A stretch of 64,000 nt of DNA from contig JBJBEO010000001.1 of the NCBI GenBank assembly GCA_047284725.1, forward strand, positions 2,136,203-2,200,202, written 5' to 3'. The notes under the pieces are model-generated. The model was not told the origin of the DNA and made no database searches. It saw only the letters and a list, made by a program, of their open reading frames with translations. Below, in pieces: positions 1-10,001 of this stretch; position 1 is the stretch's first letter, and each line of letters begins with the position of its first letter. The DNA comes from Synechococcus sp. GTDB lineage: Bacteria; Cyanobacteriota; Cyanobacteriia; PCC-6307; Cyanobiaceae. The position numbers were made by a program, and so were the translations under genes.

Positions 1-234
1 GCGGAGTGACTCACTCTCCGACAAACAAAACTCATGGCCGGAGATGGGTTCACCCGAACGGGTGCTGTCGACGAACGTCTTCAGCAGATCATCACCGGCG
101 TCATAGAGCGCGCAGGCAATGCGATCAATCCGCGGAGAGCGCTCGAGCAGGTGACGGTGCAGTTCCTTGAGACGGTTACCGAGAGCATCACCCCGGCTGG
201 ACGGCGCATGCACCGATGCCGCAGCTGATTCCAT
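1..234 (-). CDS. Partial (N-terminus only) GAF-like sensor protein, probably HD/HD-GYP phosphohydrolase family; runs off the window start
   Basis: Manual translation from ATG at 234: MESAAASVHAPSSRGDALGNRLKELHRHLLERSPRIDRIACALYDAGDDLLKTFVDSTRSGEPISGHEFCLSESESLR. The frame is open to position 1 and there is an AGGAG upstream. The DRIACALYD..DLLKTF..ST motif resembles N-termini of HD-GYP proteins as I recall them. Confidence 0.6.
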   Translation of the reverse strand, partial: MESAAASVHAPSSRGDALGNRLKELHRHLLERSPRIDRIACALYDAGDDLLKTFVDSTRSGEPISGHEFCLSESESLR

Positions 235-345
235 CAGCGTCCGAAACACTCCTATTCATCTCATAGTCAGGGCCATGCCAAGAGGCATCCCGTGGCATCA
301 AGGTGAAGACAAAGCCGCTACAAGAGTGGAAGAACGGGAGAGCAC

Positions 346-840
346 ATGAGCGCAACGCAGACACCCGGACAATCCCCCCACAACGCCCAGATCGTGATCG
401 AAGCAATGATCCGGGAATGGGAGCTGCAACCGCATCCCGAAGGCGGCTGGTACCGCGAAGTGCACCGCAGTGACACGACGGTGATACGCAGCGACGGAAG
501 CGAACGCACCGCGATCACCACGATTCTCTACCTCCTCCATGGCGATCAATGCAGTCGATGGCATCGCGTCCGCCATGCCGACGAAATCTGGACGCATCTT
601 CAGGGGGCTTGCCTCAGTCTCTGGTCGCTGCGAAACGGACACGCAGACCAGCAGGTCTTGTCCCTTCAAAACCCTGTGGCCGTGATTCCTGCCAATGTCT
701 GGCAAGCCGCCAGAGCTGAAGGGCCCTACAGCCTGGTGAGTTGCAGCGTTGGACCCGGGTTCGAGTTCGACGATTTTGAACTGCTGCGCGATGTGCCCAA
801 GGAGCAGTGGCCAGCTGGGGTCTTGGAGGACCTGAGCTGA
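346..840 (+). CDS. Cupin superfamily protein (DUF985/cupin_5 type)
   Basis: LQPHPEGGWYRE, TTILYLL, SRWHRV..DEIW and VGPGFEFDDF motifs. Confidence 0.9.
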   Translation: MSATQTPGQSPHNAQIVIEAMIREWELQPHPEGGWYREVHRSDTTVIRSDGSERTAITTILYLLHGDQCSRWHRVRHADEIWTHLQGACLSLWSLRNGHADQQVLSLQNPVAVIPANVWQAARAEGPYSLVSCSVGPGFEFDDFELLRDVPKEQWPAGVLEDLS

Positions 841-878
841 CGCACGAGTCATTACGCTCTTGCTAACTGGAGAGAAGC

Positions 879-1970
879 ATGGGCAGCAGCTTCGGCGATC
901 TGTTCCGCATCAGCACATTCGGCGAATCCCACGGCGGTGGCGTCGGTGTGATCGTGGACGGCTGCCCGCCGCGGCTGCCCCTCGATCTTGCCGGCATCCA
1001 GGCGGAACTCGACCGCCGCAAGCCTGGCCAGAGCAAGATCACCACGCCGCGCAAGGAAGCGGACCAGGTGGAGATTCTGAGCGGGCTGTTGGATGGAGTC
1101 ACCCTGGGCACGCCGATCGCGATGGTGGTGCGCAACAAGGACCAACGCCCCAATGACTACAAGGAAATGGAGGTGGCCTTTCGCCCCTCCCACGCCGATG
1201 CCACCTATCAGGCGAAGTACGGCATCCAGGCCCGCAGCGGGGGCGGCCGAGCATCCGCTCGCGAGACGATCGGCCGCGTCGCCGCCGGCGCTGTCGCCCG
1301 ACAGCTTCTGAGCAAGGTGGCTGGCACCGAAGTGATCGCCTGGGTGAAGCGCATCCATGATTTGGAGGCCCACATCGACCCAGCAACTGTCAAAGCGGAG
1401 GCCGTTGAAGCCAATATCGTTCGTTGCCCCGATCAGCCCATGGCCGAGCGGATGATCGAACGCATTGAGACGATTGGACGTGAAGGAGATTCCTGCGGCG
1501 GCGTGATCGAGTGCGTGGTCAGACAACCACCCGTCGGCCTTGGCATGCCTGTGTTCGACAAGCTGGAAGCCGACCTTGCCAAAGCGGTGATGTCACTGCC
1601 CGCCACCAAAGGCTTCGAAATTGGCTCAGGCTTTGCTGGCACCCTGCTGAAGGGAAGCGAACATAACGACGCCTTTCTGCCCAGCAACGACGGTCGTCTG
1701 CGGACAGCCACCAACAACTCGGGGGGAATCCAGGGAGGGATCAGTAATGGCGAATCCATCGTGATCCGCGTGGCCTTCAAACCAACCGCCACCATCCGCA
1801 AAGAGCAGCAAACCATCAACGCTGCTGGCGAAGCCACCACCCTGGCCGCCAAGGGCAGGCACGACCCCTGTGTTCTGCCCAGGGCCGTACCGATGGTGGA
1901 AGCGATGGTGAATCTGGTCTTGGCTGATCACCTCTTGCGCCAACAGGGTCAGTGCAGCCTGCTGGCATGA
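879..1970 (+). CDS. aroC: Chorismate synthase
   Basis: [24 protein letters not shown] and [13 protein letters not shown] signatures. Confidence 0.98.
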   Translation: MGSSFGDLFRISTFGESHGGGVGVIVDGCPPRLPLDLAGIQAELDRRKPGQSKITTPRKEADQVEILSGLLDGVTLGTPIAMVVRNKDQRPNDYKEMEVAFRPSHADATYQAKYGIQARSGGGRASARETIGRVAAGAVARQLLSKVAGTEVIAWVKRIHDLEAHIDPATVKAEAVEANIVRCPDQPMAERMIERIETIGREGDSCGGVIECVVRQPPVGLGMPVFDKLEADLAKAVMSLPATKGFEIGSGFAGTLLKGSEHNDAFLPSNDGRLRTATNNSGGIQGGISNGESIVIRVAFKPTATIRKEQQTINAAGEATTLAAKGRHDPCVLPRAVPMVEAMVNLVLADHLLRQQGQCSLLA

Positions 1971-1997
1971 CGTTCCCCATTGGGCGACGCTGCTGAT

Positions 1998-2648
1998 TCA
2001 GCCGCTGGAGAGGGCACCGGCACCACTGAGGCGTCCAGCGGCCTTCGCCATACGCTTCGCCACCGAAGTGGCACCACTGCCAGCTGTGGTTTTGCGTGCC
2101 CGCTTAGCAGGACGAGGCTTCGTTGTGCCCGCAGGATTGGCAGTGCCAGCAGCACTCTTCCTGGTTGCTTGACGCACCGAAGCCGACGACGTCTTCGTAC
2201 TCTTCGCCGTCTTGGTGACCGCCTTACCTGCCTTCACTGAAGAAGATTTTGCCACCGTTGCTTGTTTCGGCGACGCCTTCTTGGGCGCAGCTTTTGCGGC
2301 AGCTGTAAATGTCTTGGCTTTCGACTGGCGCTTGGATGAGGTCTTGACAGCTGTCGTCGTGCGTTGACGATGGCTCAACACCATGGCCCATTCGGCATCG
2401 CTCAAAGCCGAGGGTTTACTGCCATGGGCATTGGCCAACTTGGCGGCCTTTTCGATGTCTTGAATCAGATTGACCCAGGAGGTGGCAAAACGTTTATCCG
2501 ATTGCGATCGAGCGCCACTTTCCACCAAGGTTTCGACAACACCAGCGGCCGTGACTTTTTTGCGGCGACGATTGAAGATCTCCTTTTGCAGCTGAGCGAT
2601 CAAGGCATCGGCCTTATCGGACAGCTTGATCGACAACTGAGACATCAC
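1998..2648 (-). CDS. Hypothetical protein with a compact N-terminal domain and a long Lys/Ala/Thr/Ser-rich basic tail
   Basis: 216-aa ORF filling the gap between aroC and eda; low-complexity basic C-terminal half. Confidence 0.75.
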   Translation of the reverse strand: MMSQLSIKLSDKADALIAQLQKEIFNRRRKKVTAAGVVETLVESGARSQSDKRFATSWVNLIQDIEKAAKLANAHGSKPSALSDAEWAMVLSHRQRTTTAVKTSSKRQSKAKTFTAAAKAAPKKASPKQATVAKSSSVKAGKAVTKTAKSTKTSSASVRQATRKSAAGTANPAGTTKPRPAKRARKTTAGSGATSVAKRMAKAAGRLSGAGALSSG

Positions 2649-2684
2649 AAATCAATCACCTATCTCATATGTAGCACTTGAGTC

Positions 2685-3362
2685 TCAATCCAACCACTTC
2701 AGCAGGTCGTGATCAAGGTTGCAGCCGGCTATCACGCCACGCCCGAGAGCGAGGGCGTGATAGCCGGCTGCAAGCCATGGGTCGAGGTCGGCCGCCGTCA
2801 GCCCACCAGCAGCAATCATGCGGGGCAAAGGCGCCAGTGGAACCGACAACTGGCGGAGGTAATCCACGCCGAGGCTCCCCGCAGGAAAGAGCTTGACGAT
2901 CTCACAACCCAACGTCGCTGCCTGACGCACTTCGGACGGCGAAAACACACCAGGCACCAAAACCAGGCCGTGGGAGCGCGCTCGACTGATCAGCGAAGGA
3001 TCCAGACAAGGAGACATGGCATAGGCCATGCCAAGGTCGCTGACGGAATCAAGACCCCCGGCATCGAGCACAGAGGCGGCTCCAAAGTTCACACCGGGAT
3101 AGCGCTCAAGCAGCGAATCCACCAGATCAGTCCAGCGGGGATGTCCTGACCAGGCAATTTCGATGTGCCGAACGCCTGCTTTGGACAGTTGATCGATCAG
3201 TCCCGAGATGGGCGCCTGCTGAACCCTCTGGGATGACCAATCAGAGGAGGTTGGACGAAGCACCACCAAAAGCGGGTGTTCGGCCAACGATGCAATCAGC
3301 TGCCGCTGGCGCTCACGCCAACGGCCGAAATCAGCAGTTGAAGACTCAGACGTATTCGGCAA
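2685..3362 (-). CDS. eda: KDPG/KHG aldolase
   Basis: GAASV, PGVFSPSE, VKLFPA and AAGG motifs of the Eda family. Confidence 0.88.
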   Translation of the reverse strand: MPNTSESSTADFGRWRERQRQLIASLAEHPLLVVLRPTSSDWSSQRVQQAPISGLIDQLSKAGVRHIEIAWSGHPRWTDLVDSLLERYPGVNFGAASVLDAGGLDSVSDLGMAYAMSPCLDPSLISRARSHGLVLVPGVFSPSEVRQAATLGCEIVKLFPAGSLGVDYLRQLSVPLAPLPRMIAAGGLTAADLDPWLAAGYHALALGRGVIAGCNLDHDLLKWLD

Positions 3363-5193
3363 CGCGAACGTCGCGACGAATCAACAACTCTTGCAGTTCT
3401 TCGGAATCAACTGTTTCACGCTCAACCAACATCTCAGCGAGTTCGTCGAGAACAGAACGATTGTCCACAAGAACCTGGGTGGCACGCTTGTAGGCGGCAT
3501 CCACCAACTGAGAGACCTCTGAGTCGATCGTGGCGGCCGTGTCTTCCGAAAAATCACGTTCGGCGGCAATGTCGCGGCCAAGGAACATGCCCCCTTGCGC
3601 CCGCCCCAGGGCCACGGGGCCAAGGGTGTCGCTCATGCCGAAACGCGTCACCATCTGTCGGGCCACTTGGGCCACCTGCTGCAGGTCGTTGGACGCACCC
3701 GTTGTGACCTCGTCTTCGCCATAGATGATCTCTTCAGCGACACGGCCACCCAAGGCAACCGCCATCTGGCTCTGCAGATACGTGCGGGAGTAGAGACCGG
3801 ATTCCATCCGCTCTTCACTAGGGGTAAAGAAGGTGAGTCCACCAGCGTTGCCACGGGGAATGATCGAGATCTTCTGAACCGCGTCGTAATCAGGCATCAC
3901 GGCCCCGACAAGGGCATGGCCAGCCTCGTGATAAGCCACCAAACGCTTGCGACGTTCGGTCATGACTCGATCCTTCTTCTCAGGACCCACCATGATGCGC
4001 TCAATGGCATCACTGATTTCATCATTACTCACTTCCGTGAGCTGGCGACGGGCGGCCAGGATGGCTGCCTCGTTGAGCAGATTGGCAAGGTCGGCTCCGG
4101 TGTAACCGGGTGTACGACGGGCCACTTTGTCGAGGTCAACGTCTTTGGACAGAGTTTTGCTGCGGGCATGCACCCCGAGAATCTGCAGGCGTCCGGCGTA
4201 ATCGGGGCGATCGACAGTGACCTGACGGTCGAAACGACCGGGGCGCATCAAGGCCGCATCCAAGACATCGGGACGGTTCGTGGCAGCAATGATGATGATG
4301 CCGGTGTTGCCTTCAAAGCCGTCCATCTCCGTGAGCAGCTGATTGAGGGTTTGCTCCCGTTCATCGTTGCCACCTCCGAGGCCTGCCCCGCGCTGCCGAC
4401 CCACCGCATCGATTTCATCGATGAACACGATGCAGGGGGCATTTTTCTTGGCCTGTTCGAACAAGTCGCGGACCCGGCTGGCGCCCACACCGACAAACAT
4501 CTCAACAAATTCAGAACCTGAGATCGAGAAGAAAGGAACGCCGGCTTCGCCGGCCACAGCCTTGGCTAAGAGCGTCTTGCCGGTACCGGGAGGCCCGACC
4601 AGCAGACAGCCTTTGGGGATCTTGGCGCCAACGGCAGTGAAACGGTCGGGATTTTTGAGGAAGTCGACGACTTCGGTGAGTTCAAGCTTGGCGCCCTCAA
4701 TGCCGGCGACATCACCAAAGGTGACTTGTGTGGAGGGCTCCATCTGAACCCGCGCTTTGCTCTTGCCGAAATTCATAGCGGGATTGCCACCACCACCGCC
4801 CTGGGAGCGACGGAACAGGAAGAACAATCCACCCAGAAGCAAGAGAGGGAAGACCAGGCTGCCTGCCGCCTGCTGCCAAGCACCCGGCTGACGGGTGGGC
4901 TGCACAGCGATGTCGACGTTGTGGTCGGTGAGCAACTTGAGCAGATCTTTGTCAGGCGCAAGGTTGACCTCGGCCCGGCGACCATCGTTCTCCACGATCA
5001 CGGCAGAGCCACGATCGGGAGAAATGGTGACGCGGCTGACTTGATCGTCTTGCACCGCTTCGACGAAGTCGCTGTAACGGAGGGTGCGAGCTGCTGTAGC
5101 AGGATCGGGCCGGTCAAGGAATGCAGTACCGACCGCGATCACCACGACCACAAGCAGGACATAAAGCCCGACGTTGCGCCAACGCTTGTTCAA
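3346..5193 (-). CDS. ftsH: ATP-dependent zinc metalloprotease FtsH (FtsH3-like)
   Basis: Two TM segments, Walker A GPPGTGKT, Walker B IVFIDEID, zinc motif HEAGH. Confidence 0.98.
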   Translation of the reverse strand: MNKRWRNVGLYVLLVVVVIAVGTAFLDRPDPATAARTLRYSDFVEAVQDDQVSRVTISPDRGSAVIVENDGRRAEVNLAPDKDLLKLLTDHNVDIAVQPTRQPGAWQQAAGSLVFPLLLLGGLFFLFRRSQGGGGGNPAMNFGKSKARVQMEPSTQVTFGDVAGIEGAKLELTEVVDFLKNPDRFTAVGAKIPKGCLLVGPPGTGKTLLAKAVAGEAGVPFFSISGSEFVEMFVGVGASRVRDLFEQAKKNAPCIVFIDEIDAVGRQRGAGLGGGNDEREQTLNQLLTEMDGFEGNTGIIIIAATNRPDVLDAALMRPGRFDRQVTVDRPDYAGRLQILGVHARSKTLSKDVDLDKVARRTPGYTGADLANLLNEAAILAARRQLTEVSNDEISDAIERIMVGPEKKDRVMTERRKRLVAYHEAGHALVGAVMPDYDAVQKISIIPRGNAGGLTFFTPSEERMESGLYSRTYLQSQMAVALGGRVAEEIIYGEDEVTTGASNDLQQVAQVARQMVTRFGMSDTLGPVALGRAQGGMFLGRDIAAERDFSEDTAATIDSEVSQLVDAAYKRATQVLVDNRSVLDELAEMLVERETVDSEELQELLIRRDVRVAEYV

Positions 5194-5240
5194 GGTTCTC
5201 GTGCTTCTGATGAAGGAATGTTAAACGAGATCCTCAGGGA

Positions 5241-6401
5241 TCACGCGGCGCGGAGCACGTCCACCACGCTCCTGAAGGCAAACCACTCAGGAATTTCCTC
5301 GCCACTGCGCAGCATCTTGCGGAATTGGGTACCACTCAGCTTCTTGACGTGCAGACCGCGGGTCTCGGCATGCTCGGCGGTGACATAGCCCTCTTCCTCG
5401 GTGTACACGAGATTGAGAGAAGGCACCGTCTCCATCGACAGCTCGACAGCGCACTCCTTGGCGAAGTTCTGCGCGTCGTAAGGACCGTAGAAGTCGTCGC
5501 CACTGAGAGACGACTTACAGCCGGCCATGTCGCGGCCAATGATGAAGTGGGTGCAGCCGTAATTGCGGCGAATGATCATGTGCTGAAGAGCCTCCCGCGG
5601 CCCTGCCATATGCATGGCGTAGGGCAGATAGGCCCAGCGGATCCGGTCATTGTTCACCTCATCGGCCAGACGCTCATAGGTCTGGAAGCGAACAGTGCCG
5701 GGGATGTCGTCCTGCTGGGTAGGGCCGCAGGTGGGATGCACCAACACCACAGCGTTCTTGCTCACGTTCTGGGCATGCAGGGCACGGGTGAACAGTTCGT
5801 AGTGGGCACGATGAATGGGGTTGCGGCACTGGAAGGCCACCACGTCTTCGCCAGCCGGCAGACCGGCACGCACCTCAGCGGGGGTCTTGCAAGGGAAGAC
5901 ACGCTTGGGCAAGGCAAGCCCCTGCACCAAACCGCCGAGGTAATAACGCTTGCGCTCCATGGTGATCATGCGCACAGCGGGATGCTCGATCGACGTGGTG
6001 CCGTAGCAGCCCTTGGCCTCAACCACCTTGTCGGGCTCCCATTTGTTTTCGACCGTGAGCACCGCCAGGTCCTGACCTTTGTAGGTGAGGAGCACCTTGT
6101 CACCAACGACGACATCGTCGCGATCGGTGTCCATCACGATCGGCAGCCCGAAGAGATAACCGGATGTGGTGCGATGGCCCGCCACGACGGAGTCGTAATC
6201 GGCCTGATGCATGAAGCCCCGCTCGGGGGAAAAGCCCCCCACCACCAGCAATTCCACATCGCAGGCATTGCGATCGGAGCACTCCAGGGTCTTGGTGGCG
6301 GAAGCCTTGACAGCTGCCTGCTCCGCCGCCGGGACCATCAGGTCCACGAGGGTGCCGCCGTAGGGAGCGATCACGCCATTCGGTGCGGAGGTGACAGTCA
6401 T
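5241..6401 (-). CDS. sat: Sulfate adenylyltransferase
   Basis: AFQCRNPIHRAH, AGPREA and HFIIGRD motifs; start moved to ATG 6401, downstream of the psbO terminator. Confidence 0.96.
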   Translation of the reverse strand: MTVTSAPNGVIAPYGGTLVDLMVPAAEQAAVKASATKTLECSDRNACDVELLVVGGFSPERGFMHQADYDSVVAGHRTTSGYLFGLPIVMDTDRDDVVVGDKVLLTYKGQDLAVLTVENKWEPDKVVEAKGCYGTTSIEHPAVRMITMERKRYYLGGLVQGLALPKRVFPCKTPAEVRAGLPAGEDVVAFQCRNPIHRAHYELFTRALHAQNVSKNAVVLVHPTCGPTQQDDIPGTVRFQTYERLADEVNNDRIRWAYLPYAMHMAGPREALQHMIIRRNYGCTHFIIGRDMAGCKSSLSGDDFYGPYDAQNFAKECAVELSMETVPSLNLVYTEEEGYVTAEHAETRGLHVKKLSGTQFRKMLRSGEEIPEWFAFRSVVDVLRAA

Positions 6402-6449
6402 GACGAGTCTTCGGTTGGGATCAGACGGCAGATTCTCCCAGATGACAAC

Positions 6450-6472
6450 AAAAAAGGGGCCCTTGGGCCCCC
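6450..6472 (-). terminator. Intrinsic terminator of psbO
   Basis: Minus strand GGGGGCCC-AA-GGGCCCC followed by TTTTTT, about 35 nt after the psbO stop. Confidence 0.85.
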
Positions 6473-6506
6473 TCAACGTCGATCGATGCGTTGAAGAAGG
6501 GTGCAA

Positions 6507-7328
6507 TCAGCCTTCTTCAAGACGACCGTAGAGCTCACCACTGATCTTGACGTCGACCACCTCACGGCCACCCATATCGGAGTCGGAAGGCTGAATGGCA
6601 GAGAACACACCAGCAAATTCACCGGTTTCAGGATCCACTTTGGTGATGGAGAGGCTCATCTGGCCGACGCCATCGATGTAACGCTTGGTGTTGTCCTTCT
6701 CAAGGCCATCATCGTCACCACCGAGAGCGATCAGCCCCTGGGCGTACTGAACACCGGTCGTCAGGGCACGGCCCTTGGGATCAATGAAGTTGCTGGTGCG
6801 GTAGCTGGGGGTGCGGTAGGTGCCTTCGAAATCGGTGCTTGTAGAGATGGCCGAGCCTTCTGCAGTCGCGCTGAGACTCTTGCTCGAGAACGTGAAGGGG
6901 AACTCCTCACCGCCAGGAACCAGAACGGTGATGGGTTGGAAGTCGATGCCACCCTGCTCTTTGAAGCTGAGGCCATCGCTGCTCACGTCAAGGTCTCCGT
7001 AGACCTCATCCAGACTTGAGGTGAAGCGCGTGAGAATCTTGCCCTCCACGAATTGCGCTTCCTGGCGCTTGTTCGCAGGCTCACCCTTCACAAACACCCG
7101 GGTGGGATGCATGCAGATGTCCTTGAGCTCATAGGAGCCGCCAGGAGTCAGGCTGATGGAGCCTCGAGCGGACTCGGCAAGAACAGGACAATCATTGGCT
7201 TTGCCGGTGTTGCGAATGTCGTCGTAGGTGATGTTGGAACGTTCCACCGCATCGGCGCCACCGCTACAGGCGGTCACCACGGTGAGACAGAAAGCCAGCA
7301 CCAGGGCCAGCAGGGGACGGATGCTCAT
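6507..7328 (-). CDS. psbO: Photosystem II manganese-stabilising protein
   Basis: TYDDIRNTGKANDCP, GIDFQPITV..PGGE..PF.F and FIDPKGR motifs; signal peptide. Confidence 0.97.
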   Translation of the reverse strand: MSIRPLLALVLAFCLTVVTACSGGADAVERSNITYDDIRNTGKANDCPVLAESARGSISLTPGGSYELKDICMHPTRVFVKGEPANKRQEAQFVEGKILTRFTSSLDEVYGDLDVSSDGLSFKEQGGIDFQPITVLVPGGEEFPFTFSSKSLSATAEGSAISTSTDFEGTYRTPSYRTSNFIDPKGRALTTGVQYAQGLIALGGDDDGLEKDNTKRYIDGVGQMSLSITKVDPETGEFAGVFSAIQPSDSDMGGREVVDVKISGELYGRLEEG

Positions 7329-7439
7329 GAAGGGAAGCCGAAGGGCCGAACGATGACGGTATCCACCGATAGGGCGGATCCTACAGGGGGCAAACGCGAG
7401 TTCCAGCTACCCTTTTGCAGCTCTCAACAACCCGTCGCG

Positions 7440-7763
7440 TTGTCTGCCTCCAGTTCCGAAAACGAAATCTTTGCTGACGCCAACCAGGAACGACTGACGC
7501 AACTGCTCGACGGCCTTGGCGCCCTGGCCGAAGAACTGGAAGGCAATCCCGAAGCACTGCTCGCGCTGTTGCGCAGCATCGAAGCCCTGCATCGCAGCAT
7601 TCAAGACGGCGCTTTCCGAAGCAGCCTGCCGGAAAACCGTCAGCGGCTCTTCAGCCTGTTGCAAACCATGGAACGCAGCGGCGGCTGGCCCTACATCCCT
7701 CGCCTGCAACTCAAGACCTTCATCGCCATGCTCGATCAACCACCCGCTGATCTGGCGGCCTGA
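7440..7763 (+). CDS. Conserved cyanobacterial hypothetical protein
   Basis: Helical ORF ending SLPENRQRLFSLLQTMERSGGWPYIPRLQL; TTG start at 7440 inferred. Confidence 0.75.
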   Translation: MSASSSENEIFADANQERLTQLLDGLGALAEELEGNPEALLALLRSIEALHRSIQDGAFRSSLPENRQRLFSLLQTMERSGGWPYIPRLQLKTFIAMLDQPPADLAA

Positions 7764-9045
7764 AGCTGGCGTCTCCCATCAGGTCGAGGTTGATGAGTTG
7801 ATCCAGAAGCTGGTGAGCCAGTCCCAGCTTGCTCATCACAGGCAGCTCCTCGGCACTGCCATCGGATCGGAGCAACCACCCCCCGTTGTTGCCCTCTCCG
7901 AATCCCTGCCCGGGACGATCGATCGGATTCGCCAGCAACAAGTCACATCCCTTGCGGCGCAGCTTCTCGAAACCGCTGGTACGGATTGCGTCATCGGATC
8001 CACTGAGGGCTGCGAAGCCAAGTAGGTGCTGACCCGGGGGACGACCTGCATGGAGCGCCACCAGCAGATCCGGCACCGGTTCCAGATCTTCGGCAAGGCT
8101 GCGATGGAACTGCTCCTTCGCCGCTTTTTCGACGCTGGCACCACCACGGCGACGAAGGTCAGCGACTGCTGCCGCCATCACCACGGCGTTCATCTCAGGC
8201 TGCAACGCCATCAAACGCTCCTCCATGGCAGCAGCCTCTTCCACAGGATGGCAATTGAGTCCTTCAAGCCACGCGGCTGGTAGCTGCAAAGGGCCATGCA
8301 CAAGCTCCACCTGAGCACCGCGAAAGCGCGCCGCTTGAGCAATGCAGACGCCCATCCTGCCGCTACTGCGGTTGGTGAGCAGCCTGGCGGGGTCGAGGGC
8401 TTCCTGGGTGGGGCCGGCCGACACGAGCAAACGACGCCCGTGCCAGTCGAAGGGCAGGGACGCATCGTCAGAGCAGCTCTGAAAAGCGCTTTGGGCCGCC
8501 AACTGGATCAACTCCGGCGATGCCATGCGGCCGTCTCCGATGCGATCACAGGCCAACAGTCCTGCCTCCGGCCCCAGACGAAGCACCCGATGGTCTTCGG
8601 CGAGCAACGCCCAATTACGCCGCACCGCTGGGTGAGCCCACATCGCCGTGTTCATCGCGGCAGCCGCCACGACTGGCACTTCACAGGCCAGAAGCACACT
8701 GGCGAGCAGTCCCTCCGACAGCCCCTGGGTCCAGCGCGCCAGGGTGCTGGCACTGAGGGGGGCCACGATTACCAACTCAGCCCATTCAGCCAATGCGATA
8801 TGCAGCGGCCGTGATTGAGCGGGATCCCACTGGTCTGCGTCCTGAAAGCAGTGATGACGGCTGAGACTGGCCAAAGCCACAACGCTCACCAACTGTGCAG
8901 CGCTGGGGGACACGACGCAGCGAACCTCTGCCCCGGCCTTGACCAGGGCACTCACAAGCAACGGCGTCTTCACAGCGGCGATGCTGCCGCTAGCAGCCAC
9001 AAGAATGCGACGCCCCTGAAGCGAAGCCGAATCAATCCTCATCAA
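7720..9045 (-). CDS. coaBC: Bifunctional phosphopantothenoylcysteine decarboxylase/ligase
   Basis: SGSIAAVK, AMNTAMW, SAGPT.E.LDP.R...N.SSG.MG and AAAVAD motifs. Confidence 0.95.
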   Translation of the reverse strand: MMRIDSASLQGRRILVAASGSIAAVKTPLLVSALVKAGAEVRCVVSPSAAQLVSVVALASLSRHHCFQDADQWDPAQSRPLHIALAEWAELVIVAPLSASTLARWTQGLSEGLLASVLLACEVPVVAAAAMNTAMWAHPAVRRNWALLAEDHRVLRLGPEAGLLACDRIGDGRMASPELIQLAAQSAFQSCSDDASLPFDWHGRRLLVSAGPTQEALDPARLLTNRSSGRMGVCIAQAARFRGAQVELVHGPLQLPAAWLEGLNCHPVEEAAAMEERLMALQPEMNAVVMAAAVADLRRRGGASVEKAAKEQFHRSLAEDLEPVPDLLVALHAGRPPGQHLLGFAALSGSDDAIRTSGFEKLRRKGCDLLLANPIDRPGQGFGEGNNGGWLLRSDGSAEELPVMSKLGLAHQLLDQLINLDLMGDASFRPPDQRVVDRAWR

Positions 9046-9244
9046 ACGGTTCCTGATCGATCAGGTGCACGTAGGGCCTGGTCAGCTCAGGACGATGAAT
9101 GGCCAAGGCTCTCAGCAGGTGCCAGTCCCCAAGACCGGCAAATGGCGTGGGGTAGTCGTCGTCTTCAAGACGCTGTGCCAACACGGCCACGGATGCTTCA
9201 TCGAAACTCTCGAGTTGCTCGGGAGTGATGGCCGGACTGACCAT
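9032..9244 (-). CDS. Small conserved cyanobacterial protein (DUF2555-like)
   Basis: LAQRLEDDDY.TPF.GL.DWHLLRA.A motif; overlaps the coaBC start. Confidence 0.85.
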   Translation of the reverse strand: MVSPAITPEQLESFDEASVAVLAQRLEDDDYPTPFAGLGDWHLLRALAIHRPELTRPYVHLIDQEPFDED

Positions 9245-9306
9245 GGGGCCTCATTGCCGCAGTCGCTCGCATTCTGCCTGGGCTCTGGCGCTAGGTTTCG
9301 GCGGTT

Positions 9307-9379
9307 GGGGAATTAGCTCAGCTGGTAGAGCGCTGCGATCGCACCGCAGAGGTCAGGGGTTCGAGTCCCCTATTCTCCA
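9307..9379 (+). tRNA. tRNA-Ala (anticodon CGC)
   Basis: GGGGAAT/ATTCTCC acceptor with G3:U70 pair, anticodon arm CTGCG-ATCGCAC-CGCAG, T-loop GTTCGAG. Confidence 0.96.
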
Positions 9380-9403
9380 TACAAGTGCGCAGGTCATCGT
9401 CAC

Positions 9404-9565
9404 GTGAAGTGGACGAGCGAGGCGGAAACGGCCCTGAAGGAAGTGCCTTTTTTTGTGCGACCAGCGGTTCGCAGACGCATCGAAGCGATGGCCCAGGAAT
9501 CGGGTCTGGAGTGTATCGAGGAGTCCTTCTACACCGCAGCAAAAGCACAATTCAGCCAACGTTGA
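9404..9565 (+). CDS. Stand-alone PCP_red-like (ChlB C-terminal domain-like) small protein, 53 aa
   Basis: Manual translation MKWTSEAETALKEVPFFVRPAVRRRIEAMAQESGLECIEESFYTAAKAQFSQR; W..EA...L..VPFFVR motif; below the ORF-track cutoff. Confidence 0.85.
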   Translation: MKWTSEAETALKEVPFFVRPAVRRRIEAMAQESGLECIEESFYTAAKAQFSQR

Positions 9566-9570
9566 TTCCC

Positions 9571-9765
9571 ATGGGTAGGCCTCGAAACCCAAGATCCGTT
9601 CTTGACGTCACACGCAAGCCGCGCCTACCCATGCTCACCGCCCTGGGAGGCCTCGTCGGGCTCAGCGTTCTGGCGCGCCCAAGTGCGCTGATCACCTTCG
9701 GGCTGGTGGCACTGGCGGGCAGTCTGAACTGCAGACGACAGCCCCACGGGCAGACCATGCGGTAA
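9571..9765 (+). CDS. Small hypothetical membrane protein
   Basis: ATG 5 nt after the previous stop; basic N-terminus followed by a hydrophobic hairpin (LTALGGLVGLSVLARPSALITFGLVALAG). Confidence 0.5.
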   Translation: MGRPRNPRSVLDVTRKPRLPMLTALGGLVGLSVLARPSALITFGLVALAGSLNCRRQPHGQTMR

Positions 9766-9793
9766 AAGGGAGGACAATTGTGTTTGCTCCTCC

Positions 9794-9994
9794 ATGTCGC
9801 AGTCAAAGCGCGAACAGGTGGTCAGCCATCTGCGCTACATCCGTCAAGAACTGCGGGAAATGCATCAGGGCGTGATGGAAGATGGTCTCCTGCCGGAAGC
9901 CGGTGAAGTCCGAGGAGTGATGGCTCAGATGGAGGCACTCCTGGAGCTGCTCGAAGGCAAAGGGTCCCGCAAGGCCAAGGCTGAAGCCAAGTAG
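9794..9994 (+). CDS. Small conserved hypothetical helical protein
   Basis: 66-aa amphipathic ORF with host-like codon usage, followed by a hairpin. Confidence 0.8.
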   Translation: MSQSKREQVVSHLRYIRQELREMHQGVMEDGLLPEAGEVRGVMAQMEALLELLEGKGSRKAKAEAK

Positions 9995-10001
9995 TTCCGC
10001 A

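Noticed and set aside
9420..9455. Terminator-like GGC...GCCTTTTTTT downstream of tRNA-Ala
   Set aside because: The stem is weak and the T run encodes Pro-Phe-Phe within the PCP_red-like ORF.
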